From a virus: a stretch of DNA of 64,000 bases. The translations under genes and the position numbers were made by a program. The notes beneath the pieces are model-generated. The model worked only from the letters and a program-made list of their open reading frames with translations. It had not been told where the DNA came from and searched no databases. Position 1 is the first letter of the stretch. Each line of letters starts with the position of its first letter. The stretch spans positions 1 to 64,000 of IMG/VR virus record IMGVR_UViG_3300018080_000129. One strand, 5' to 3'. Shown here in pieces: positions 54,908 through 64,000 of this stretch.

Positions 54908-55147
54908 CTAATCAGGCCTGTCGTCGGGGTCTTTCTCTGTATCTAAATCCCTATCTTTTGGGGTTTTACGCTTTGTCCTGTACCGTTCCTTGACATCATC
55001 TCTTGGAGGTTTGAATTCAGGTTCGCGGTCTCTGCCTTTGGAAGCTCCTCCCGTGTCGGACATCAGGTCTTTGTCCTTGCGCTTGACCTGAAGCCCTCTG
55101 ACTGCCCAACGGAGAACTTTCGCTACTATCCTTTTTTCATCTACCAT
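54908..55147 (-). CDS. small charged protein
   Basis: ORF after the portal gene; DEKRIVAKVL motif. Confidence 0.6.
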   Translation of the reverse strand: MVDEKRIVAKVLRWAVRGLQVKRKDKDLMSDTGGASKGRDREPEFKPPRDDVKERYRTKRKTPKDRDLDTEKDPDDRPD

Positions 55148-55156
55148 GACATGTCC

Positions 55157-57280
55157 TTAGCTGAATGCAACGTCTTCTGTTTCCTCATCCACTTCTTCTT
55201 CTGCTGGCTTTTCTTCTTCGGCGGCTGATTCTTCCTCCTCTTCTGGAGGCGTCTCTTCCTTACTTTCTTCTTCGGCGGCTGCTTCTTCGCCTTCTCCTTC
55301 AGCCGGAGCCTGCTCACTCATTTTCTCTTCAATAGCTTGGTCAATTTGTTCATCTGTGGCATCTTCAGGAAGTTCCTCGGCGACTTCTTCGGCTATTTGT
55401 TCCTCATCTGCTGCCGGTTCTTCACCAAAGCCTCCACCGAAACCGCCTCCCATACCTTCTTCTCCCTCAGCAGCTTTGAGTTCCAGCTTGAGATACTTGG
55501 CTGTCTTCTCAACAAGATTACTGCGTTCGCCAAGCTGTGCGCCAACCGCGTCATTCATGGTTTCAACGGCACGATTGAAAGTCGGGTCTTTGACGGTGAA
55601 CAAGTCGTCATAAATCTGGTCATGGATGGCTTCGGTATTGAGATTGAACAACTCATAGATGATGTCGATGGGCAAACTGCCCTTCTGGTAAAGCTGGAAG
55701 AGACTGTCAAAGACTTCCTGATTGTCCCTGATGGTGAGCCTGTTGAACCCAAGCTTCGGATACCAATACTGCTTGATTCCATTGGCGTCTTCCTCATACC
55801 AACCCTTCTTCTCGGCAACAGGCTCGAAGAGATATTTCTCCACAAATCGCTGTAACTGTTCGCGGGTAATCAGGAACATCGTGTTCAGGATTTCCACGGT
55901 AATCTTGTTGCCGCTAAACGTTCCTTCTCCCGTCAGCAATTCCCGCGTTACCCCCAAAGCGGCAAAAACCTGATTCTCGATATTCTCGTATTCGGCAGAA
56001 AGGTCGAGCAGTCTTCCTTCCGCGCCGATTTGTTCCCAATCCCACTCATAGTTCGTAACAATGGAATAATCAGGGTCAAGATAGGAGAGGTCAAGCTGTG
56101 CTCTCAAATCATCAAGCTGGTCGTTCGTCAGCAGCGGAGCCTGCACCTTGTTTTTTGGCGTCATGTTTCGACTCGCCAAGCTCAACTGCGTATAACGATA
56201 ATGCTCCTTCTGAAGCATCGGAACCAGAATTCTTTCAAGAACAGAAGCTCCTAAATCAAGATAAGGAGAACGTCTACGGCCCATGTGATAGACATACGAA
56301 CCAGTAGAAGGGTCGCTGTCCATGACAATACAGCCATGCTTTCTGACCATATCCTTAATCTCTTTTGGGATATGCTCCACAATCTCCGAATAAATGCTGT
56401 TATCGCTGCAAAGGTCTGGATAGCCCTGTCCATTGAAATAATTCTGAATAAGCTGAATAAGTCGTTCCGGTCTGTATTCCACTCTTGCAATTTCAGAGAA
56501 CGGGTACTGAAAAATATCGACTTCTTCAGGCGGCAAAATGGTAATCTTCGACCACATTTCCATCTTGTCGTCCCACTCAATAAAAGCAAATACGTTTCCA
56601 ATCATGTTGTGTTCCCACAACATTTCCTGCAAGCGCGAAAAAAGGTCAATCCGGTCAACCATGTACCGATAGAAATCGTAAATCTGTTGCTTCTTTTTCT
56701 TGCCAATCTTTTCAAGCTTGGGCATATTGAGTGTAATTCTGCTCATCGGCAGGTCAGTCAAAAGCTCCAATGCTCTTCCCACATAAGCGTCAGAACGTGC
56801 CCAATAACGATACCATGAATACTTCTCTTTCAGCGTGACAGGCCAGTACAACACGCCTCCATTTTGCTGATTCATCATCACAAAATAGGGAGGAATATCA
56901 GCCGTGCCTGAAGTCTGATTCAAACCATCTGCATAAGAGGTTCTGTAAGAAGACAAGTAGCCGGTCTGATTATAGCTGGAAAGAGGAGCATTCTGCAACA
57001 TCATGCCTGCGCTTCTCTGCCTGAATCCGAAGCCGCCTGCTCCAGTAGTGATAAACTCTTGCTTCCTCGCCATTATTGTTTTTGTTGTATCCACTTTTCC
57101 CGTAGTGACGCGAGGCCTCTTGACGCCGCCCTTTATAATATCGTTTTGCGTAACAGGCATACGTTGAATAGAAGCCGTTCTCTGACGTTGAACAGGAGCC
57201 GTTTTCTGCCGTTGAACGGAAGCCGTTTTCCGACGGCCTTTCGCAGAAGACTTCTTTTGAGCCGCTTTCTTCTTAGCCAT
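55157..57280 (-). CDS. portal protein
   Basis: Near the terminase; YVGRALELLTDLP, GNVFAF, ILPPEEV, ALGVTRELLTGE..FS; acidic tail. Confidence 0.78.
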   Translation of the reverse strand: MAKKKAAQKKSSAKGRRKTASVQRQKTAPVQRQRTASIQRMPVTQNDIIKGGVKRPRVTTGKVDTTKTIMARKQEFITTGAGGFGFRQRSAGMMLQNAPLSSYNQTGYLSSYRTSYADGLNQTSGTADIPPYFVMMNQQNGGVLYWPVTLKEKYSWYRYWARSDAYVGRALELLTDLPMSRITLNMPKLEKIGKKKKQQIYDFYRYMVDRIDLFSRLQEMLWEHNMIGNVFAFIEWDDKMEMWSKITILPPEEVDIFQYPFSEIARVEYRPERLIQLIQNYFNGQGYPDLCSDNSIYSEIVEHIPKEIKDMVRKHGCIVMDSDPSTGSYVYHMGRRRSPYLDLGASVLERILVPMLQKEHYRYTQLSLASRNMTPKNKVQAPLLTNDQLDDLRAQLDLSYLDPDYSIVTNYEWDWEQIGAEGRLLDLSAEYENIENQVFAALGVTRELLTGEGTFSGNKITVEILNTMFLITREQLQRFVEKYLFEPVAEKKGWYEEDANGIKQYWYPKLGFNRLTIRDNQEVFDSLFQLYQKGSLPIDIIYELFNLNTEAIHDQIYDDLFTVKDPTFNRAVETMNDAVGAQLGERSNLVEKTAKYLKLELKAAEGEEGMGGGFGGGFGEEPAADEEQIAEEVAEELPEDATDEQIDQAIEEKMSEQAPAEGEGEEAAAEEESKEETPPEEEEESAAEEEKPAEEEVDEETEDVAFS

Positions 57281-57746
57281 TATCAAATCCTTCGTATTGT
57301 TCAACGTGTCTGCTGTTCAGCTTCGTTTCCAGAAGACCCCTATGAAAGGCCATCATCATGCGTTCAAGCCGCCCTATTCGCGTTCTGACATAGGGATGCT
57401 CTTTGAACTCCGTTTTTATCTTCTCGGTCTCCTGAGCCAACTTGACAACGCCTTGCGCCATTTCGTCCAGACGCTTATTGAGAGAAAGGGCCAGTTCCAT
57501 TTTCTTTTTTAGCTCTTCTTCTTTTTGTTGCTCTTCCGCAGCCTTTTTCCTACTTTTCTTTTTTGACTTCTTTTTGGTTTTTTGTTTTTCTTGTAGTTGT
57601 TTGGCAAGTTCCATCCTTCTTTTGGCTTGCTCGTTGGCAATCAAAATAGGATGACCAGGAGGCAAATCAGGCTCTTTCTTCTCGTTCTCGGCCAGCATTT
57701 CCTCCGCTTGCTTGATGCTCTTGAGCAAATTAACGTCTACTTTCAT
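57273..57746 (-). CDS. coiled-coil hypothetical protein
   Basis: ORF with RBS. Confidence 0.65.
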   Translation of the reverse strand: MKVDVNLLKSIKQAEEMLAENEKKEPDLPPGHPILIANEQAKRRMELAKQLQEKQKTKKKSKKKSRKKAAEEQQKEEELKKKMELALSLNKRLDEMAQGVVKLAQETEKIKTEFKEHPYVRTRIGRLERMMMAFHRGLLETKLNSRHVEQYEGFDNG

Positions 57747-57767
57747 TCGACTATTCCCTTCATATTA

Positions 57768-58379
57768 TCATGTCACTGCCGCACAGCAAATGATGTAGTT
57801 TCCTTCGTCATCCGAGGAATATCGAGCGACAACGTAATTTGTCCATGTATGGCTCACGGTTTCCTTTTCTGAAGTCAAAAGACCATTCTCGCTTACGTAG
57901 AGTTTATCTCCCGGATTATAGACTAATGCGGCTCCAGTCCCAGGATTATGTCTCTCTTGCTTATTATACACTTCAAAGACATAAAACTTGAAAAAACCTG
58001 TAGGAGGCACACACATCGTACAGACGCGACTGCCTATCTTTTGAACAAGACCCTGCTGGTCAAACTCCAAAGACAAGCCCGCGTCCATACCTGTCCAATC
58101 AAAATGAAAATCTCCTCCCGCCCTTTGAAGCTTATCCAACCTCCACATATCGCTCTGAAGTTCTATAGCCTGCTTATGTTGCGGGCCATAAAGCAAGAAA
58201 CCCGCAATCACACCCGTTCCATCGCTTCTTTCGACAGATGCAATGACACCTGTAAAAGTGGGAGCAGTAGAGGAATATTTCACCCATGTTCCTGCAAGCC
58301 ATCCTTGCGCAAAATCGCTTCCGACAGGCTCAACGGGTATATCCTCACCGGACTTGAGAAGATAAACTTGGTCGCCCAT
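57768..58379 (-). CDS. decoration-protein paralog
   Basis: YNPGDKLYVSENGLLT resembles YAVGEKLYSSAQGFLT of 44559-45053. Confidence 0.55.
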   Translation of the reverse strand: MGDQVYLLKSGEDIPVEPVGSDFAQGWLAGTWVKYSSTAPTFTGVIASVERSDGTGVIAGFLLYGPQHKQAIELQSDMWRLDKLQRAGGDFHFDWTGMDAGLSLEFDQQGLVQKIGSRVCTMCVPPTGFFKFYVFEVYNKQERHNPGTGAALVYNPGDKLYVSENGLLTSEKETVSHTWTNYVVARYSSDDEGNYIICCAAVT

Positions 58380-61300
58380 TTATCTGCTAATCCTAACTCT
58401 GCTTCTTGCCAAATGTTTGATTTTATCGGGAATCTTTCTCTTCTCGATTTCTCCATGTTTTCTCATCCTGTCCATTCGGAAAGTGCTCATGGTCGCGTTT
58501 TTAGCCGTCGCACCCATGCCACCATACGTCGAGCCATCCCTGCTGATTCCCAAGCTGACGTACTCAGGCCTTTCTCTTGTGGTGTTGTAGACTTCATAGA
58601 CGGCTCTGACAAAAGCATCCGATATATCGTCATGTGCTCCCCGCTTGTTGGGAGCGCGAACGAGAATTTTGTTTCGACTTTTTTTCTCTGCTTCCAGAGA
58701 GAGCAATTCTGGAACCAGAACAGGATGGTCAAATAGTTCAACCAGACCATCCATGTAAAGCATTTTGACAATCTGGTACATGTCATTGTTCAGCTTGTCC
58801 GTCACGCTCTCCATGCGGAATTGCTTCAAATTCATATTGTGAAGAATCTCAAGCAAACTGTAGCCGTTCCACTGGTCGAACCAACCGCTCTTGCAGGGCC
58901 ACCATTTGCAAAGCTCTTGAATCTCTTTGGCAACTTCCTCGACGCTCAGAATGTCCCTGTTGGACATCCTGCCACAATCTTTGTAGAGAGTTCTTTCGCT
59001 GTCCCAAACATCCGAAGAGGCCGAGTAAAAAACCTCCGCATAGTCTAAAATGACTTTCTTGCTTTTCCTGTCTCGATGAACGATGGTGATTGCCGTGCCG
59101 TCATTCTTCAATCCCATGTCAATGCCCATGAAATATTCTGTACCCGGCACTCCTCTGGTGGGAGGGTTCTTGATAGTGATGCACTTCCTGAAAGCATCCT
59201 CGTCCTCAATCCAAGCAACAATGTTATCGCTGAATTCGCCGCCATACTCGCACATGAACTGATGATTATTTCGCCTTCTCTCGGTCTTCAACAATACGGA
59301 ATCGACCTCTGGATTCATCAGAGCCGAGTAAAATTTCATCATCAGTGTGACATCTGTCTCTTCATAGCTTTGAACGTATCTATCCCAAAACGCGCCATAT
59401 TTCGCGTAAGGAGAAGAAATGCAGATAACCTTGCCGTCCTGCCTGAAAGTAGCCGTAGAAGGCGTCAAAGCCTTGTAAATCTCCTGCCCCGAAAACCGCC
59501 CCGCGTTGCTAATGAAGAACGCCATCTCGTCCATGATAACACAAATGGCGTTATGACCACGTAAACCATTGGAAGCGCAGCCTCCAGCAATGGCAACAAG
59601 GCTGGCTGGCTTCTTAGCTTTAGTTGATTTCAGGTCGGCATCTGTTTGCAGATTGAAATACTGCTGCGTAGCGTTTTTGATACGCCCTCTAAAAAAGCTG
59701 CAAGATGTAGCTGCATTTTGAGCCATACCAAAAAGAATCTGCGCCTGCTCATCCGTAGGAGCGACATTCATCACGGCAATTTTGCTTTCAGGCTGGAAAC
59801 CATAGTATTTTGAAGGGTCTCCACGCTTGAGCAGCTTATAAAGCTCATAATCACTAATCCATGAGCAAAGCGAACTATTATGAGACAACAAATCTCCACC
59901 AATAATATGCGTTCCTTTCACGTTCAAATCAATAGTTGGCAGTTCACCCACGTCTTCTATCTTTTTAACCTTGTCCCAATATACATCGGAAGTTCCAAAT
60001 GAGTAAACAAACTTGTCTCCTAAATTCTGTCCGTACATCGCCACTTTTCTTCTACTCGGTGAATATCCAAGTCTCAACTTTTCCTGCTGATAATGTCCAT
60101 GAAAACCATGCACATCGGCATTCGTTAAGCCTTTTCTTTTTTGAACTTTCTTGATATATTTCCATATTCCTCTTGGCACTGAAAAAAACTCATTCTTAGA
60201 TAACACACGCTTGGAAACAACAGAAAGAACCTTCTGCAAAGCCTTCTCTTTCGTGTAAATACCAATCTCTCGCGCAAAGGTGATTATTGAATCAGAAGAT
60301 TGAATCTCCAAAAAATAACTGTCGAAACTCTTACCATTGCACTTGGTCTTTTTCGGTCTGAGTATAGAATGAATTCCAAATTTCAAAAGCAAATGCCTGA
60401 CATCATCTATGAGCCGGTATGAAGATGAACAATAACCTACACTGACTTTTGAAAGAGAATGACTCTTCCGAGCAACTTTTTCCACGGTAGCCCATCCATC
60501 ACAAGCAAATAAACGCGAAAGAAATGCAGAAATCTCTCCACGACTACCTCTCAAAATACATTTAGGAACTCTTTTCTCCACAGCTTTATGACCATGACAA
60601 TCATGCCTTTTAAGCCATTTTACAAAAAGGTTATCTCTGCTGCCGTCCTGAGCTTTCTTACCTGAATCTTTCACTACCTGATAATGATTGCAGTAGTTTT
60701 TTCTATTGTAAATCTTCAGATGATATTTCGGGAAATTAACAGTAATGAGCTTACCAAATTCCGCAGCCTGTCTCTTACTCGCGCTAACAAATGTTGCCGA
60801 TTCAGTAGTAGCTCCATCTCCCTGTAAATATCCAAGTAATTTTGCTTTGTCGATACCAACATTGCCTTCTCCGAACAAGGAGTTTTCCTTTGCAACCGCT
60901 ATTTTATCGCCAATTTTGACATCAGACAGCTTAACAAATTGAGGTTCTTCCCAATCATCACGCCAAACAAGATAAGGATGATTCAGAGAAGATATTTCCG
61001 CAATGCCTCTCTTTGTTTGAATGCGTCGGCAGGCTCTAATTCCATTGTGCCATATTGAGAAGTCATAGGTAATATTTCGTTTCAGATAACGAGGGTCATA
61101 GGTAATTATTCCAACTCTCTCATTCTTTTGTTTCCTACACAGAAGTTCTCCAAACTCCATAGAACCTTTAGTTGTGGCAACAATATCTTTCTCGTATCGG
61201 CACTTCCCACCGCGCCTGCCCGCTACGAGAATAAGCTGTCTGAAGTTCTTTCCCGACAATTCCGTTGTATTGATTCTGCCTTCATTCCAAAGCCAGTCCA

Positions 61301-61553
61301 AAAACTCGGTTTCAGTGAAACGATAGAGAACCTTGTCATTGACAACATTGGGTACGACAATCGTTTTGTTTTTGTCATCTAACTCCAGACCATAGAATGC
61401 CTTCACAACGAATCCCTGGACTGGACGAGGAGTGACATTCAACCCCCAAGGAGAAGTAATAAAAGTCATCGCATCGACAACATCTTCCGTATTGCCGGAG
61501 AGAAACGACTCGGCAAGCTGTTTCAAGGAATCGTCTTTTTTGGCCGTTACCAT
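58380..61553 (-). CDS. terL: terminase large subunit with intein
   Basis: Walker A GRRGGK/S, VIMDEMA Walker B, ISSP coupling motif, nuclease GIDMG...D and HDDISDA. Confidence 0.92.
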   Translation of the reverse strand: MVTAKKDDSLKQLAESFLSGNTEDVVDAMTFITSPWGLNVTPRPVQGFVVKAFYGLELDDKNKTIVVPNVVNDKVLYRFTETEFLDWLWNEGRINTTELSGKNFRQLILVAGRRGGKCRYEKDIVATTKGSMEFGELLCRKQKNERVGIITYDPRYLKRNITYDFSIWHNGIRACRRIQTKRGIAEISSLNHPYLVWRDDWEEPQFVKLSDVKIGDKIAVAKENSLFGEGNVGIDKAKLLGYLQGDGATTESATFVSASKRQAAEFGKLITVNFPKYHLKIYNRKNYCNHYQVVKDSGKKAQDGSRDNLFVKWLKRHDCHGHKAVEKRVPKCILRGSRGEISAFLSRLFACDGWATVEKVARKSHSLSKVSVGYCSSSYRLIDDVRHLLLKFGIHSILRPKKTKCNGKSFDSYFLEIQSSDSIITFAREIGIYTKEKALQKVLSVVSKRVLSKNEFFSVPRGIWKYIKKVQKRKGLTNADVHGFHGHYQQEKLRLGYSPSRRKVAMYGQNLGDKFVYSFGTSDVYWDKVKKIEDVGELPTIDLNVKGTHIIGGDLLSHNSSLCSWISDYELYKLLKRGDPSKYYGFQPESKIAVMNVAPTDEQAQILFGMAQNAATSCSFFRGRIKNATQQYFNLQTDADLKSTKAKKPASLVAIAGGCASNGLRGHNAICVIMDEMAFFISNAGRFSGQEIYKALTPSTATFRQDGKVICISSPYAKYGAFWDRYVQSYEETDVTLMMKFYSALMNPEVDSVLLKTERRRNNHQFMCEYGGEFSDNIVAWIEDEDAFRKCITIKNPPTRGVPGTEYFMGIDMGLKNDGTAITIVHRDRKSKKVILDYAEVFYSASSDVWDSERTLYKDCGRMSNRDILSVEEVAKEIQELCKWWPCKSGWFDQWNGYSLLEILHNMNLKQFRMESVTDKLNNDMYQIVKMLYMDGLVELFDHPVLVPELLSLEAEKKSRNKILVRAPNKRGAHDDISDAFVRAVYEVYNTTRERPEYVSLGISRDGSTYGGMGATAKNATMSTFRMDRMRKHGEIEKRKIPDKIKHLARSRVRISR
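59877..61202 (-). mobile_element. intein (442 aa) with LAGLIDADG domain in the terminase Walker A
   Basis: CRYEKD...SLNHPY...LGYLQGDG...LFACDG...TIDLNV...SHN/S. Confidence 0.92.
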
Positions 61554-62158
61554 TAGCTGCCTACTTTCAAGGCATGTTCAATTTCTTCCTTGACCTCGCG
61601 CTTCCAATCAATCAGTTCATCCCCAAGCATTCGAAAAAACACATCACGCTGCTCGTCTGAATACTTCAAGTGAAAAAGAACTTTTTGCGCTTTTTCCATG
61701 AAGTATTTGAAAATGACAAGCATCGAAGGAGACTCAACATTGACACCGCTCTGGTGCTCTTCCGTTTGTTTCGATTGAACGGTCTTGAAGACCCTCTCAA
61801 GAACCTCGGCTCTTTTGGACGAGATGATAGTCGCATCCCTGAGTGCGCCATTTCTCGTGGCAATAAGCTCATTGCCAAGAAGATTATCTGTCTCCTTAAT
61901 AACCTCTTCGATAATTACTCGGAGGAGACTATTATAATCCTCTTTTCCCTGTTTGTGGAGCCGCTCGATGAGACCTTCGGCTCCCTCATGGTAGTCTCTG
62001 ATGAGCTTTCTTCGATGCTCCAGCATGTTTTCAACAGGGGCGGGCACATTATTGCTCGGCCCTTCTGCCGTAGCGTCCACCTTGACCACATCGAACGTCT
62101 CGTCTGCGTCTACAAATTCATCTTCTTCGGGCATGGGAGATTCCTCATTCAAAATCAA
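61553..62158 (-). CDS. putative terminase small subunit
   Basis: Helical 201-aa ORF coupled directly upstream of terL (position only). Confidence 0.45.
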   Translation of the reverse strand: MILNEESPMPEEDEFVDADETFDVVKVDATAEGPSNNVPAPVENMLEHRRKLIRDYHEGAEGLIERLHKQGKEDYNSLLRVIIEEVIKETDNLLGNELIATRNGALRDATIISSKRAEVLERVFKTVQSKQTEEHQSGVNVESPSMLVIFKYFMEKAQKVLFHLKYSDEQRDVFFRMLGDELIDWKREVKEEIEHALKVGS

Positions 62159-63365
62159 AGCTTGAGGTTATATCCACGTCAACCTCTTTCTGCTTCGCTT
62201 TTTTCTCTTCAAGCCTGAGTTGGTCACTGCCTTCGAATTCTTTTTCCACGAAGACATGAGGTTCAATATCCAAATATTTGCTCGTTTTGGCTGTTTCGTT
62301 CATCTCCTCGTTCGGAATAGTACCAGGCTCGAAGTCCTCGAAATCAAGGTCTTCTTGCGAACCAAAAGTAATGTTTTCATCAGCTACTTGTGGAGCACCC
62401 TCAAACGAATCGAAACCAGATTCTTGCTTGGCTGGAAGCTTGTCCACGTCTTTCAACTGCGATTCCATATCAGCATCCGAAAGCGCAACTTTCACTTCCT
62501 CTTTCTTCTTCCTTGGTGCGTCCAAATCGACACTCATCTCGGACTTGATATGGAATTTCGACGAATCCACCTGTTGCACAACAGGCTTCACTTCAAACTG
62601 TTTCTTATGTATCAACCGAAAAGCTTGGCGCACTTTTTCATAAGCATTCTTGTTTCGTAGAGAACGAACCACCTTCGCTTCTTCTTCCGTAAGCTTGCCG
62701 GTTGTCACCAAGTCCACAAGCGTCTCGTCCATTTCATCATCATGCAAATCTTGCTGGCCGGAAAGCAAGGGTCTTCCAAGCCGGACACAGAACGGACGAA
62801 ACTCTTTCTTCGGGCCTTCATCTGCGAAGAACCCATCAATAGAGGCCGTTTTCATCTCGGACTCGGTATTGATAGCCGTTTTCCCAAGAAAGCTGCAATC
62901 CGCACATCGAGTGTGCATCAGAACAAACTTCAGAAAACGCTTATTCTCCGAAGAAGCGACAACCTTTTTAACCTCACGGCAATCCTTCAAATCGCGACAA
63001 TCCAACGCAACGCAGCCCGTAATGCCTTCCTCGTCAAGCAAGGGCTTCAGTTTGGAAACGGCAGCCTTAATGCTTTGCCTGTCAAATTGTTGAAAGAGCC
63101 GTTTGACAAGTTGCCTCCCCATGTGTCCTTGATTCATCAAGAAACGCGCTGCGACAACAATCGCTGTCGAGGGGTCTTCCTTGGCTTCTTTGAGTATTTC
63201 CTCGTTGTATTTTGGCTCGATGTCTCCATAGCCAAATTCCAATTCGAGGTCATCCTTCTTGTTCCAGTCCTTGCCTGTTGGCTCAAACGTTTCTATGTCA
63301 TCCAGCCAAGTATGGTTGGACACAGAGCCATCTCTCAGCATATCCGTGAGGTTCATGCCGTCCAT
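62145..63365 (-). CDS. hypothetical protein
   Basis: 406-aa ORF, RBS AGGAG. Confidence 0.75.
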   Translation of the reverse strand: MDGMNLTDMLRDGSVSNHTWLDDIETFEPTGKDWNKKDDLELEFGYGDIEPKYNEEILKEAKEDPSTAIVVAARFLMNQGHMGRQLVKRLFQQFDRQSIKAAVSKLKPLLDEEGITGCVALDCRDLKDCREVKKVVASSENKRFLKFVLMHTRCADCSFLGKTAINTESEMKTASIDGFFADEGPKKEFRPFCVRLGRPLLSGQQDLHDDEMDETLVDLVTTGKLTEEEAKVVRSLRNKNAYEKVRQAFRLIHKKQFEVKPVVQQVDSSKFHIKSEMSVDLDAPRKKKEEVKVALSDADMESQLKDVDKLPAKQESGFDSFEGAPQVADENITFGSQEDLDFEDFEPGTIPNEEMNETAKTSKYLDIEPHVFVEKEFEGSDQLRLEEKKAKQKEVDVDITSSFDFE

Positions 63366-63374
63366 TTTACTCTC

Positions 63375-63629
63375 CTATTCTTCCAAGTCTTCCTCGGTCA
63401 AAATGTCGCTTCCAAACACCGGCTCGATGGATTTTTCATCCTCCGATATTTTCCAGAGAGCTTGAGTCGCTTTATGAACAAGAAGGTTCTCGCCTGCGGT
63501 AATGAACATGGTTCTGGCCTTCTTGTTATTTGGAAGGCGAGTGACGAATCGTTTGTGATGCTTAATCGTCTCGTCAATTCCAATAGAGCTATGCCACTGA
63601 ATATCATTGAGATTGAAGCCATCAGCCAT
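63375..63629 (-). CDS. hypothetical protein (LVHKATQALW motif)
   Basis: RBS GGGAG. Confidence 0.7.
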   Translation of the reverse strand: MADGFNLNDIQWHSSIGIDETIKHHKRFVTRLPNNKKARTMFITAGENLLVHKATQALWKISEDEKSIEPVFGSDILTEEDLEE

Positions 63630-63677
63630 GAGTATTCTCCCTGTTTCTATGTTCTCGATATAGTATCTATGCTTCTA

Positions 63678-63710
63678 CATAATAATGGCAAATATAAAAG
63701 AATTGTTGAA
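63678..63710 (-). promoter_or_regulatory. repeated AT-rich (late-type) promoter motif
   Basis: ACAATTCTTTTATATT-N-ATTATTAT. Confidence 0.6.
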
Positions 63711-63725
63711 AAAGAAGAGGGAGGC

Positions 63726-64000
63726 TCAGGCCTCATAGATGCGCCTGACAATATTGAGATTTTTTCGAATCGCTCTGAATATTTCATAGACATCCCAATG
63801 CCCCAAGGTTTCCATGCGCTTCAAAATCTTCTCAAACCTATATCTGACACGGAGTTGTGGACATTTCAACACGATGGCAGTTTGCGTAAGCGACGTTGTG
63901 TAGAACATGGCCGTCATAATCTCAAGACTATGGGCGTCGTAGTGCTCCGATTTCGTAAGAAGAAAATCCAAGAAAATGTCCGAGACGGAGTGCAGGTAAT
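63726..64000 (-). CDS. hypothetical protein, 5' end outside the window, possible C-terminal HTH
   Basis: Frame is open to the window end; SLTQTAIVL...VRYRF. Confidence 0.5.
   Translation of the reverse strand, partial: YLHSVSDIFLDFLLTKSEHYDAHSLEIMTAMFYTTSLTQTAIVLKCPQLRVRYRFEKILKRMETLGHWDVYEIFRAIRKNLNIVRRIYEA

Overview
This window is part of a large tailed dsDNA phage genome, with essentially all real genes on the minus strand. The right two thirds (about 23.6-64 kb) is the morphogenesis region. It holds a terminase large subunit and a prohead protease (each with a LAGLIDADG intein), portal, acidic scaffold-like proteins, decoration and major capsid proteins, fibre proteins, two glycosyltransferases and many small proteins sharing an amphipathic N-terminal motif. 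The left third (1-23.1 kb) is a dispersed array of 30 intact tRNA genes (18 amino acids; Cys and Thr not seen here). These are interleaved with an RNA ligase, two Y-RNA-like ncRNAs, polyamine enzymes, methyltransferases and nucleases. The main find sits at the head of this array. A sigma70 promoter drives a 39-codon leader ORF, missed by the ORF track, that contains all 20 amino acids and 35 different codons. Its 3' end overlaps a 15-bp antiterminator that competes with an intrinsic terminator. This looks like a 'universal' ribosome-stalling attenuator that would switch on the tRNA/RNA-repair region when any host tRNA is depleted. All protein calls come from motif recognition by eye; no database searches were run.
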